A stretch of DNA of 35,644 bases from Chitinophagaceae bacterium (GTDB lineage: Bacteria; Bacteroidota; Bacteroidia; Chitinophagales; Chitinophagaceae). Every line of letters starts with the position of its first letter. The stretch's first letter is position 1. The notes beneath the pieces are model-generated. The model was not told the DNA's origin and ran no database searches. It worked only from the letters and a program-made list of their open reading frames with translations. Below, piece by piece: positions 19,006-28,234 of this stretch. Location: contig JANORJ010000155.1 in the NCBI GenBank assembly GCA_031415255.1, positions 1 to 35,644 of the forward strand, read 5' to 3'. The translations under genes were made by a program, and so were the position numbers.

Positions 19006-19725
19006 TTAATTCTTCTGCATTCTTCTTTTCAATTCTTGTTCCGCATAGGTAAATACTTTCTTCATCATGTCTGTTTTTCGTAGTTCATACTTACTGCGAA
19101 TCTGATCTTCTTCATTGGCTACCATTACGAACATTAAGTCCACTACTCTGGCAGAAATAAAATCACCCAAATTATTTTCTAACGGCTTATTAATAAAAGG
19201 AATACTGTTATAAATATTGGTAATGCCACTCCATTCTTTATCGGCTCCTTCTGTTTTAATAGTGCTGTCCACTATCGGCCGAAAGGCCGTCATTAAACCC
19301 GGCTTCATAGCTTGTTTAAAATAATCGGTGGCAGCATGTGGTTTATCAGTCACCAGTATTTTAGCCGCATCTTTTATGGACATACTTTTTAGCGCATCAA
19401 AAAAAAGGGGCTTTGCAACAGTAACAGCTGATGACATTGCTTTGGTAAATTTTCCTGTTACCTGATTGATGGCTTTATCAAAACCAAGATCCCGAAGTGA
19501 CTTTTCTATTTTCTCCGCTTCACCCGGAAAGGCAAACCGTACTAGCGGATTACCATTGGGGTCGGCAAAGGCAGTAAAACCCTTTAATAAACCTTGCGAT
19601 AGCGCATCTTTCAGACCTAATGCCATTTCCAATTCGGAAGGTATGATGCCTAATTTTTTTAAAGTGCTGCATCCTGAAAGTATAAATAAGGCTGGGATTG
19701 AAAGTATCAATAAATAACGTTTCAT
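19006..19725 (-). CDS. DUF4197-family lipoprotein
   Basis: Lipobox LSG-C; GLKDAL, A.PLF.DA...MSI.DA, AATDYF, EE.QIR...R.T...KKVF. Confidence 0.85.
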   Translation of the reverse strand: MKRYLLILSIPALFILSGCSTLKKLGIIPSELEMALGLKDALSQGLLKGFTAFADPNGNPLVRFAFPGEAEKIEKSLRDLGFDKAINQVTGKFTKAMSSAVTVAKPLFFDALKSMSIKDAAKILVTDKPHAATDYFKQAMKPGLMTAFRPIVDSTIKTEGADKEWSGITNIYNSIPFINKPLENNLGDFISARVVDLMFVMVANEEDQIRSKYELRKTDMMKKVFTYAEQELKRRMQKN

Positions 19726-19768
19726 TATTTTTATTTTACAGATGAAACCGGGTATCGTTTCGTTGCAC

Positions 19769-20320
19769 TTAGTTTAATTGCGGATCTATTGGAAAGTTTG
19801 CCATCATTTCATAATCGCCACCAAGATGTTTTAATGCATCTTTCCAGATTTGACTAAAATCTTTGTGAAAGACTAATTGACGGTCGGCTTTCACTGTTAG
19901 CCATGTTTTCTCTGTCATCTCCGTAGCAAGCTGCCCTCCACTCCAGCCAGAATAGCCTATAAAAAAACGAATTTTATCAGCATCAATAGCAGCAGTTTTT
20001 AGCAGATCAACAACAGCATCAAAATCACCACCCCAATACACACCTTTTATTACTTCCTGCCCACCAGGTATTTCATTAGGATACTGATGCAAAAAATGAA
20101 TGGAGTCTACTTGTACCGGCCCTCCGTAATAAACAGGGATTTTAAAATTTTTTAATTCGGGAATTAATTCATCAAGGGTGTTTTCATATTGCCGGTTCAG
20201 CACAAAACCAAAACTGCCTTCTTCTTTATGTTCACATAAAAAAACCACAGTACGCAGAAAGTTGGGGTCTTTTAGAAAGGGGTCTGCTATTAATAATATG
20301 CCGGCTGCTGGTTCAATCAT
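19769..20320 (-). CDS. YqgE/AlgH (UPF0301, DUF179) family protein
   Basis: LLIA.P.L.DPNF.RTVV, GFVLNR, GGPV, GYSGW..GQL. Confidence 0.92.
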   Translation of the reverse strand: MIEPAAGILLIADPFLKDPNFLRTVVFLCEHKEEGSFGFVLNRQYENTLDELIPELKNFKIPVYYGGPVQVDSIHFLHQYPNEIPGGQEVIKGVYWGGDFDAVVDLLKTAAIDADKIRFFIGYSGWSGGQLATEMTEKTWLTVKADRQLVFHKDFSQIWKDALKHLGGDYEMMANFPIDPQLN

Positions 20321-20545
20321 ACTTCAATTTAGGATATAAAATCTTTTTGCAAAATTTATGTCGAAAATAAATCGGTTCAATAAATTCACCCATTGTTTGT
20401 CCGGTTTGCCAAGACGGTCTGATTTTTCTAAAAACCAGTTAAAATAATGGCAAATACAAGCCTCCGGGTGGTGTATGCAGCTTCGGCAACGTATTTTTGT
20501 ATGCTAATCAGGTTTTTTTATCTTACACGGTCATAATAGCAATCA

Positions 20546-21883
20546 GTGAAACGAACCTTTACGATAATTACGGTATTAATAAGCCTGTCAATGATAGGTA
20601 TCATTGCCATCCAGCTATCATGGATTAAGAACATGGTACTGTTGCGCAAGGAACAAATTAAGCACAGTGTACAGGAAAGCACAAAGACTGTGGGGTATGA
20701 ATTGGCCCAACATAAAGGAAGTGCTACTACGGGAGCAAATAAAAAAGGATTTTTCACTGATGATTACTACCTGGATATGTTTAAGCCACAAACTATCGGT
20801 CAGCGATTTGATGTGGAGGAAATCAGGAAAAAATTACAAAAAGCATTTTTAGATAACAATTTAAAAGATATCGAATTTGAATTTGGTATCGGTTCTTTTG
20901 ATAATAACGGGGATAATATTTTTGAAAAAGTTTCTGCCAATTTTAATACGGCTATAGAAGATACAGCCAACAACTTTTTTTCTAATGTTGGTCTGGAAGC
21001 ATTGAGTGGTACTGCCGGGGAAAACCTGAGTGTAAAAGAAATACTATTTGTGGTGGTTCCCAATATCAAAGGGCTGGTATTAAAATCTCTTCGTTGGAGA
21101 ATTATCATGTCAATTGCTTTTACAATAATTATTCTGCTGGCTTTTTATCTTACCGTGCGGACGATGCTGCGGCAAAAGAAGCTGGGTAAAATAAAGAATG
21201 ATTTTATCAATAACATGACTCATGAATTTAAAACACCCATTGCCACCATTTCACTTTCAGTAGATGCTATGCGGAATTAAAAAGTGATAAATGATAGGGA
21301 AAAAATGGGCTACTTCAGTGATATTATAAAAGAAGAAAATCAACGGATGAACCGACAGGTGGAAACAATCCTGAAAGCTTCTCAATTAGAAAAACAGGAA
21401 GTTGATCTGAACCTGCAACCGGTACATGTGCATGAAGTGATACAAGATGTAGTTGATAATTTTGTATTACAATTAGACGATAAACAAGGTAAGGTAGAAT
21501 TGCAATTGAATGCTACAAATGATTTAATTAATGCAGACGAAGTACATTTTTCTAATCTGGTGAATAACCTGGTGGACAATGCTGTAAAATATGCTAAGGA
21601 TAATGTGCCGCCGGTTATTAAACTGACTACCCAATCCAATGGTAAAAATTTTACGCTGCGAATAGAAGATAATGGTATAGGGATGAACCGGGAAACGGTG
21701 AAACGAGTTTTTGAACGCTTTTACCGGGCTCACACCGGTAATGTGCATAATGTAAAAGGCTTTGGTCTTGGATTAAGTTATGTAAAGACCATGGTAGAAG
21801 CTCAGCATGGTGATATAAAAGCAGAAAGCACTTTGGGCAAGGGAAGTATTTTCACGGTTGATTTGCCATTGAAGAAAGCTTAG
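20546..21883 (+). pseudogene. Membrane sensor histidine kinase interrupted by an in-frame TAA at 21278-21280
   Basis: Two TM helices and H-box THEFKTP before the stop; N-box NLVDNAVKY, DNGIG, FERFYR, GFGLGL in the same frame after it. Confidence 0.85.
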
Positions 21884-21960
21884 ATAATTAAGAATAAAAA
21901 ATTAGTAATTAATAATTTAATCCGAGCTGAAAGCTTTATTTTTTGTTGAATTCTTTTTCT

Positions 21961-23253
21961 TCAATGAAAGTCGTAACTATTCTTTTTTTTCCATAAAAGG
22001 CTTCCATCTCCATAACTAAGAAAACGAAAATCGTTTTGCAGGGCATAGTCATAAACCTCTTTCCAATCTTTTCCAATTAAAGCGGCCACTAATAATAATA
22101 ACGTTGATTGCGGCTGATGAAAATTAGTTATCAGTCCTTTTACAATTTTAAATTCATAGCCGGGGGCAATTAGTATTTGCGTTTTTGCTAACAATCTCTC
22201 TATGTTGTTTTTATTCATCCATTGCAATAGAGATTCTAAAGCTTCTTTGGGAGAAATAGTATTTTCTGTTGCTTCATAGGCTTCCCATTGAGAAACGGAC
22301 AACGGAACTCCGATTCCGTTTACATGGTCGGAACAGAGTTCCGGCTTCCGACCAAGCCAATACAAACTTTCAATAGTACGAAGTGAGGTAGTGCCTACGG
22401 CTATAATATTATTATCAAGATTCCGGAGAATGTTTTCTATTGTTGTTTTAGCAACATCAATAAACTCTGCATGCATATCATGTTCGTGCATGGTGTCTAC
22501 CTTTACTGGTTTAAATGTTCCTGCACCCACATGCAGTGTTACAAAATCAGTTGGTATTTTTTTTTCTTTTAACTGTTCAAAAATGTTATCAGTAAAATGT
22601 AAGCCAGCAGTTGGCGCAGCTACAGACCCATCAAAATGTGCATACAAGGTCTGGTATCTTTCTGCATCTGATTCCTCCACGGCTCTTTTAATATAGGGTG
22701 GGAGAGGAATAGCACCGGCATGATGTAATATTTCTGCAAAACTTAATTCAGCTGGCGACCAGGAGAGTTCAATTATAAAAGAATCGTTTCTTTTTTCAAT
22801 ATAGTTTGCCGTCAGAATTATTTCTTGCGAACCCCGCCATAAGCGGGGCGAAGCAATTTTTTCAATATTGATTTTTTTTTCTAATGCTTGCCCGGTCTTC
22901 CATTTTGAAACACCACCAACAAGGCATTGCCATAGTACATTTTCTTTTTGCAGCATGGCGGTAGTTATATCAGCATATTGCTCATGTGGTTCTAAACAAA
23001 ATATTTCAATAACACCACCTGTTGGCTTTTGAAACAATAATCTTGCTTCTACTACTTTGGTATTGTTGAAAATTAGTAATGAGTTTTCTGGAATATGATG
23101 AGTGATATTTTTATAAACGTCTTCTGCTATTTTACTTTCTTTATAAATAAGCAATTTGGAGGCGTCTCTTTCTGCTAATGGATATTTAGCAATTCTCTCT
23201 TCGGGAAGAGAATAAGTAAAGTCGTGGATGGATGTGTTTTTGGGATTTGTCAT
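21961..23253 (-). CDS. queA: S-adenosylmethionine:tRNA ribosyltransferase-isomerase
   Basis: PLPPYI, RYQT, GSVAAPTAGLHF, LHVGAGTF, AVGTTS.R, TNFH.P.STL, FLSYGD. Confidence 0.96.
   Translation of the reverse strand: MTNPKNTSIHDFTYSLPEERIAKYPLAERDASKLLIYKESKIAEDVYKNITHHIPENSLLIFNNTKVVEARLLFQKPTGGVIEIFCLEPHEQYADITTAMLQKENVLWQCLVGGVSKWKTGQALEKKINIEKIASPRLWRGSQEIILTANYIEKRNDSFIIELSWSPAELSFAEILHHAGAIPLPPYIKRAVEESDAERYQTLYAHFDGSVAAPTAGLHFTDNIFEQLKEKKIPTDFVTLHVGAGTFKPVKVDTMHEHDMHAEFIDVAKTTIENILRNLDNNIIAVGTTSLRTIESLYWLGRKPELCSDHVNGIGVPLSVSQWEAYEATENTISPKEALESLLQWMNKNNIERLLAKTQILIAPGYEFKIVKGLITNFHQPQSTLLLLVAALIGKDWKEVYDYALQNDFRFLSYGDGSLLWKKKNSYDFH
22296..22350. repeat. Palindromic element inside queA
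   Basis: CGGAACTC..TTCCG / CGGAA..GAGTTCCG nested stem. Confidence 0.6.
22822..22860. repeat. REP-like palindromic element inside queA
   Basis: TTGCGA-A-CCCCGC-cataa-GCGGGG-CGAAGCAAT. Confidence 0.65.
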
Positions 23254-23284
23254 GATACAACTAACTGTTGTATTTGATAAGTTG

Positions 23285-23292
23285 CAAAAATA
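23285..23292 (-). promoter_or_regulatory. -7 promoter element (TATTTTTG) of queA
   Basis: Exact TAnnTTTG about 30 nt upstream of the ATG. Confidence 0.55.
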
Positions 23293-23319
23293 CTATCGTT
23301 TATTCAGCTGTGCAGCTAA

Positions 23320-23680
23320 TTTTAATCCACTCCTCATTTACCGCACAAACTTTTACATTTACTAAATCATGTTGCAACACATAGTTAATCAGCAATGTTT
23401 GTTTGTCTACCGAAACCTGCGGTTAGTAATGAATAATAATCATCAAGCTGAGTAATCAATAGCACTTTCATCCCCGGTTATATCCCAAGCTTTTTATTAA
23501 AGGCATTCCTGAATATCCAGTTGTTGACATGTGTTGATTATTTGCAAATTAATTTTCAACCACTCAATTGTACCTTGCAATTGTCATTATGCACAGCTTA
23601 TCCACCGCTATTCACAGACTATACAGTCCTTTTTCGGCCAAAAATAGATAATATTCCCTCAAAGTCCTTTCCACAAAGGG
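23320..23680. other. DnaA-box cluster, candidate oriC
   Basis: TTATGCACA 23587, TTATCCACC 23598, CTATTCACA 23608, TTTTCCACA 23667, plus weaker boxes in a 540-bp AT-rich spacer. Confidence 0.5.
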
Positions 23681-23735
23681 TTTCAGGCCAAAAATTACTG
23701 GGGAAAAATTAAATTTTAAAATATTTGATTGTTAA

Positions 23736-23760
23736 GTGGGGAAAAGTGTTATTTTGTGGT
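23736..23760 (+). promoter_or_regulatory. MraZ-binding direct repeats
   Basis: GTGGG, GTGTT, GTGGT at exact 10-bp spacing, 32 nt upstream of mraZ. Confidence 0.7.
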
Positions 23761-23792
23761 AATTATTTAAACATTGACCCAATTCACTGATA

Positions 23793-24254
23793 ATGATAGG
23801 ATTTCTCGGAGAATACGAGGCTACTTTGGACGCCAAGGGGCGGTTCCTCCTCCCGGCAGGGTTCAAAAAGCAATTGCCGGAAGGGGAAACGGGTCGCTTT
23901 GTTATCAACAGGGGATTTGAAAAATGTTTAGCTCTCTACCCGATGGGAACATGGGAGCCGCTCTTTGCAAAAATTACCGGACTGAATGAGTTTGACCCGA
24001 AACAACGGGAGTTCAGAAGAGCTTTTCTGAACGGTGCCACTTTTGTGGAACCCGATACCGCAGGCCGGATACTGTTGCCGCCAAGTTTGAAAATGTATGC
24101 TGGGCTGGAAAAAGACATAGTGCTGATGGCAACAGGAGATAAAATAGAAATCTGGGATAGTAATAAGTACAAACAGTTCTTTGATTCAATTTCTTCGGAT
24201 GCATTAAGTGACCTGGGCAACCAGGTGCTGGGCGGAGGTGGGAAGAATGAATAG
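23793..24254 (+). CDS. mraZ: Division/cell wall cluster repressor MraZ
   Basis: Two D.KGR/D.AGR..LP motifs; first gene of the dcw cluster. Confidence 0.96.
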   Translation: MIGFLGEYEATLDAKGRFLLPAGFKKQLPEGETGRFVINRGFEKCLALYPMGTWEPLFAKITGLNEFDPKQREFRRAFLNGATFVEPDTAGRILLPPSLKMYAGLEKDIVLMATGDKIEIWDSNKYKQFFDSISSDALSDLGNQVLGGGGKNE

Positions 24255-24259
24255 TTAAA

Positions 24260-24326
24260 AATTAATAATTAATAATGAAGCAGTCGTTTCATAGATACAC
24301 TAATTATTCATTGTTAATTATTAATT
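24260..24326. repeat. AT-rich 20-bp inverted repeat built from 7-bp units
   Basis: AATTAATAATTAATAATGAA / TTCATTGTTAATTATTAATT, one G-U pair. Confidence 0.7.
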
Positions 24327-24333
24327 ACTAATT

Positions 24334-25239
24334 GTGGAGCAAGAATATCACATACCTGTTCTTCTTGCTGAAACAATTGATAGCCTGAATATTCAACCCG
24401 ATGGCATTTATGTGGATTGCACTTTTGGTGGCGGCGGACATTCTAAAGCCATTGCAGAAAAATTAGGTGCAAAAGGAAAGTTGGTAGCCTTTGATCAGGA
24501 TGATGATGCAAGAAAAAATTTGCCAGCTGATGAGCGGATAATTTTTGTTCCGCAAAATTTTCGTCACCTGCAACGGTTTCTTCGCCTGCACAACATTACA
24601 GCGGTGGATGGCATAATGGCCGATTTAGGTGTAAGCAGTCATCAGTTTAATGAAGGAGCAAGAGGATTTTCCATTCGCTATAATGCTGATATGGATATGC
24701 GGATGGATCAGCGACAGGCTTTGACAGCTTTTGAAGTGGTGAACACTTATACTGAACAACGGTTGCACAAAATCTTTGAACAGTATGGCGAAGTAACCAA
24801 TTCCAAAACCTTAGCAAAAAAAATCGTTGACGTACGTAAGTCGGCTTCCTTAAAAACGATTGATGGTTTTAAAAATGCAGTCCGTGAAATAGTAAAAGGA
24901 AATCCCAACAAGTACTTCGCCCAGGTTTTCCAGGCTTTACGTATTGAAGTGAATGATGAATTAGGTGCATTGAAAGAATTGCTGCAACAAATCCCATCCT
25001 TATTAAAGCCCGGAGGCAGAGTGGCCATCATTACGTTTCATTCTCTAGAAGACAGATTGGTAAAGAATTTTTTTCGCCGTGGTTCATTTGATGAGCCGGA
25101 TGAGAACCCATTTATCAATACCGAACCGGTGAGTGAGCTGAAAGTGATAACAAAAAAACCAATTGTGCCGACGGAAATTGAGATGAAGCAAAACCCAAGA
25201 AGCAGAAGTGCAAAATTGAGAGTGGTAGAAAAGTTTTGA
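24334..25239 (+). CDS. rsmH: 16S rRNA m4C1402 methyltransferase
   Basis: HIPVLL, DCTFGGGGHS, DLGVSSHQ, FQALRIEVN, FHSLEDR, NPRSRSAKLR. Confidence 0.97.
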   Translation: MEQEYHIPVLLAETIDSLNIQPDGIYVDCTFGGGGHSKAIAEKLGAKGKLVAFDQDDDARKNLPADERIIFVPQNFRHLQRFLRLHNITAVDGIMADLGVSSHQFNEGARGFSIRYNADMDMRMDQRQALTAFEVVNTYTEQRLHKIFEQYGEVTNSKTLAKKIVDVRKSASLKTIDGFKNAVREIVKGNPNKYFAQVFQALRIEVNDELGALKELLQQIPSLLKPGGRVAIITFHSLEDRLVKNFFRRGSFDEPDENPFINTEPVSELKVITKKPIVPTEIEMKQNPRSRSAKLRVVEKF

Positions 25240-25390
25240 GTTTAGAGTTGTGTTTGCTAAAAGCAAAATAACAGGACAGTATATATAAATAAAGGTGTAA
25301 AGATTTTTGGAAAATCTATATCCTTTGAAATCAACCCTCCTTGAGAAGAGGAAGTGAAAAACCAAAACCAACGAGCTAACAACTCATTTT

Positions 25391-25744
25391 ATGCAGGAAC
25401 AAGAAAATCTAAAAGAACGGGACTTGAAACAAAATTCCGCCCAGGCGGGATGGAAACGGTGGCTGAATTATCAGTCTATCGTAAAACAGGTGCCGTTCTT
25501 TTTGTTCCTCGCAGCATTGGCAGTGGTTTACATTTTTAATGGACACTATGCTGATAAGACCATTAGAAAAATTAACCGCACTGCAAAAGAAGTAAAAGAA
25601 CTGAAGTACGAATACATAGCGGTGAAAAGTAAAGTGATGTACCAGAGTAAACAAAGTGAATTGGTAAAAGTGGTAGTGCCATTGGGATTAAAGGAACTGA
25701 CAGAATCGCCGGTAGTATTAAAAGATATTACCCCTGTCCCCTAA
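25391..25744 (+). CDS. ftsL: FtsL-like cell division protein
   Basis: Single TM plus coiled coil, located between rsmH and ftsI. Confidence 0.85.
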   Translation: MQEQENLKERDLKQNSAQAGWKRWLNYQSIVKQVPFFLFLAALAVVYIFNGHYADKTIRKINRTAKEVKELKYEYIAVKSKVMYQSKQSELVKVVVPLGLKELTESPVVLKDITPVP

Positions 25745-26050
25745 AAGGAGACTTAGGTCAAAAAGTTCTTTTACAATAAACTACTCTTTAGGAAAATGAG
25801 TAGTTACCCCAGAGGGGTAAAATGTTGGTAGCTCCGGGTGAAACCCGGAGACATGAAAGTGAAAGAGTTTTTCAGAACCCCGGAGGGGTTCAACAAAAAG
25901 ATGAATAGCGGACGGGACGATGAAGAGTGCGACGCAACGAAGATGAACAGCGAACAGAAAGATGGTTAAAAAATCCTTTCTAAAGAATTAAAGAAAGGTG
26001 GACGAATACAACTAATAACAACTAAATCAACCAACGGGCTAAACCCGGCG
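25733..26050. repeat. Cluster of REP-like hairpins between ftsL and ftsI
   Basis: TTACCCC-aga-GGGGTAA 25804-25820, CTCCGGG-tgaaa-CCCGGAG 25832-25850, GAACCCC-gga-GGGGTTC 25875-25891, CGGG-ctaaa-CCCG 26035-26047. Confidence 0.7.
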
Positions 26051-26064
26051 GTTAACAACGTACA

Positions 26065-28224
26065 TTGGACGTTAAACGGGACATATTATGGAGGGTTTAC
26101 CTCAGCTTTATCGGTATAGTACTGATAAGTGTACTTGTCCTCGGCCGAGCCTTCTACATTCAACGCTTCCAGGGTAATCACTGGCGCAGCATGAGTGATA
26201 GCCTTCACCAGAAATTTATTTCTCTTGACGCAGAAAGAGGAACTATCTACAGCGAAGACGGACAGATGCTCAGCACTTCCATTCCCACTTTTGATATCTA
26301 CATTGATTTTAATGCCGATGGTTTAAGAGAGAAAAAAGGAAAACGCTTTATAGAAAATGTTGACTCTTTCGCTGTTTCCTTGGCTAATCATTTTAAAGAC
26401 AAAACTTCAGTTCAGTATAAGAAAGAGTTGCAGTTGGCTTTTAAGGATAATGAAAGATACTATCCGTTGAAAAAGAAACTGGGCTTTGAAGACTATAAAG
26501 TTTTCCGTGAATTTCCATTGGTTAGATTGGGTCGTAATAAAAGTGGTGTGATAGTGGAAGTGAACAGCAAAAGAGAAACGCCGTTTGGATTGTTGGCTAA
26601 CAGAACGATTGGTTTGTCAAGAGAATTTAAAGATGCTAATAAAAAAGCGAAGAAACAGAATGTTGGATTAGAAAGAAGTTATGATACCATATTGAGCGGT
26701 CACGATGGACTAAAATTAGTTCGCTATATCGCTGGTGGCACTGCTGTGCCGGTAGAAGGTTCGCAGACTGACCCTGTAAATGGCAAAGATGTTTTCACTA
26801 CGATTGATGTAAACATACAAGACATTACAGAAACGGCATTGATGCGGATGATGTTGCAATGCGAAGGCCCTTATGGTACTGCTATAGTAATGGAAACAAG
26901 TACCGGTAAAATAAAAGCGATGGCGAATCTTGGCCGCCGCAGCGATGGCACTTATTGGGAAGATGATAATTATGCGTTGAGAGTAACAGAGCCGGGTTCA
27001 ACTATTAAGTTAGCTACACTTTTGTCTGTATTAGATAAAGGAAGCAGCTCTATTACAGATATGGTGCAGGTAGGCGGTGCAGGAAGGTTGGAAGTGGCAC
27101 CGGGTAAAGTGGTGGTTGATGCAGAACGACATAGTGCATCATCACTTTCTGTAATGGATTGTTTTGCGCATAGTTCAAATGTAGGTATGAGCAAACTGGC
27201 CTATAAAGCTTTTGGAAATAACCCTTCGGAAATCAAGCAATACTTTCACAAGTTTCATTTGGATGAAAAATCTCCGGTGGATTTAATGAATGTTCCAAAA
27301 CCAACGATGGCCCCCTTGTCTACTGAAAAAGGCGAAGCTGGTTTGGGCAATATGTTATGGATGAGTTTCGGCTATGCCATACAGGTTAGCCCTTTACATA
27401 CTTTGACACTATACAATGCGGTAGCTAATAATGGAAAGATGATGAAGCCTTATCTGGTTAATAGTATCCAAAGCAATGGTGTACTTACCAAACAGTTTGC
27501 TCCAACAGTAATGGATGAAAATATTTGTAAGCCCACTGTTATTAAAGATGCGCAAGCTGCTATGAGGGCAGTAGTAACAGAAGGTACAGGAAGAAGAGCT
27601 TTAGCAGGAATACCGTTTGCGGTAGCAGGAAAAACAGGAACAGCACATGTATCAGACGGTGCCATCAAATATTCTCACGGAGTTTATCAGGCAACATTTG
27701 TTGGATACTTTCCGGCAGAGAAACCTCAATACACTTGTATAGTTGTAGTCCGCACTAAGCCACATGCAGCTTCACACTATGGTGGCACAGTAGCGGCACC
27801 GGTGTTTAAAGAAATTGCTACCAAGTTATACTCGATGTATGTAGAGAAGAAGAACCCATCACAGTATGCAACGGCAAAAGACAGCTCTGGGTTTTTCTAT
27901 GCCGGTAATGCAAAAGACATTAAGAATGTTTTCAAAACAATGAATATGAAATACAGAGATTCAGTTGCACAAAATAACTGGGCTACTGTATATGCTAGTA
28001 ATTACCCGAAGGGCTCTGTGAGCCAACCGGTGATAAAAGCAACTACTGTTCGCCAGCAGATAATGCCGAATGTAAGAGGAATGGGATTGAAAGATGCGAT
28101 TTACTTATTAGAGAATATGGGATTGAAAGTAGCGATAAGAGGAAGAGGAAAGATTGCGATGCAATCAGTGGCGCCGGGAACAGCATTGGCAAAGGGGATA
28201 ACTGTAATACTGGAATTGAGCTAA
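26065..28224 (+). CDS. ftsI: Class B PBP FtsI (PBP3) with C-terminal PASTA domain
   Basis: EPGSTIK (SxxK), SSN, KTG motifs; MPNVRGMGLKDA PASTA; TTG start. Confidence 0.95.
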   Translation: MDVKRDILWRVYLSFIGIVLISVLVLGRAFYIQRFQGNHWRSMSDSLHQKFISLDAERGTIYSEDGQMLSTSIPTFDIYIDFNADGLREKKGKRFIENVDSFAVSLANHFKDKTSVQYKKELQLAFKDNERYYPLKKKLGFEDYKVFREFPLVRLGRNKSGVIVEVNSKRETPFGLLANRTIGLSREFKDANKKAKKQNVGLERSYDTILSGHDGLKLVRYIAGGTAVPVEGSQTDPVNGKDVFTTIDVNIQDITETALMRMMLQCEGPYGTAIVMETSTGKIKAMANLGRRSDGTYWEDDNYALRVTEPGSTIKLATLLSVLDKGSSSITDMVQVGGAGRLEVAPGKVVVDAERHSASSLSVMDCFAHSSNVGMSKLAYKAFGNNPSEIKQYFHKFHLDEKSPVDLMNVPKPTMAPLSTEKGEAGLGNMLWMSFGYAIQVSPLHTLTLYNAVANNGKMMKPYLVNSIQSNGVLTKQFAPTVMDENICKPTVIKDAQAAMRAVVTEGTGRRALAGIPFAVAGKTGTAHVSDGAIKYSHGVYQATFVGYFPAEKPQYTCIVVVRTKPHAASHYGGTVAAPVFKEIATKLYSMYVEKKNPSQYATAKDSSGFFYAGNAKDIKNVFKTMNMKYRDSVAQNNWATVYASNYPKGSVSQPVIKATTVRQQIMPNVRGMGLKDAIYLLENMGLKVAIRGRGKIAMQSVAPGTALAKGITVILELS

Positions 28225-28234
28225 AGCAAACGAT

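Noticed and set aside
21278-21280. Stop-codon reassignment or programmed readthrough
   Set aside because: TAA terminates most genes in the window, and only one interruption is seen.
23521-23712. 63-aa ORF in the queA-mraZ spacer
   Set aside because: TTG start and no protein-like features; it is a translation of the DnaA-box array.
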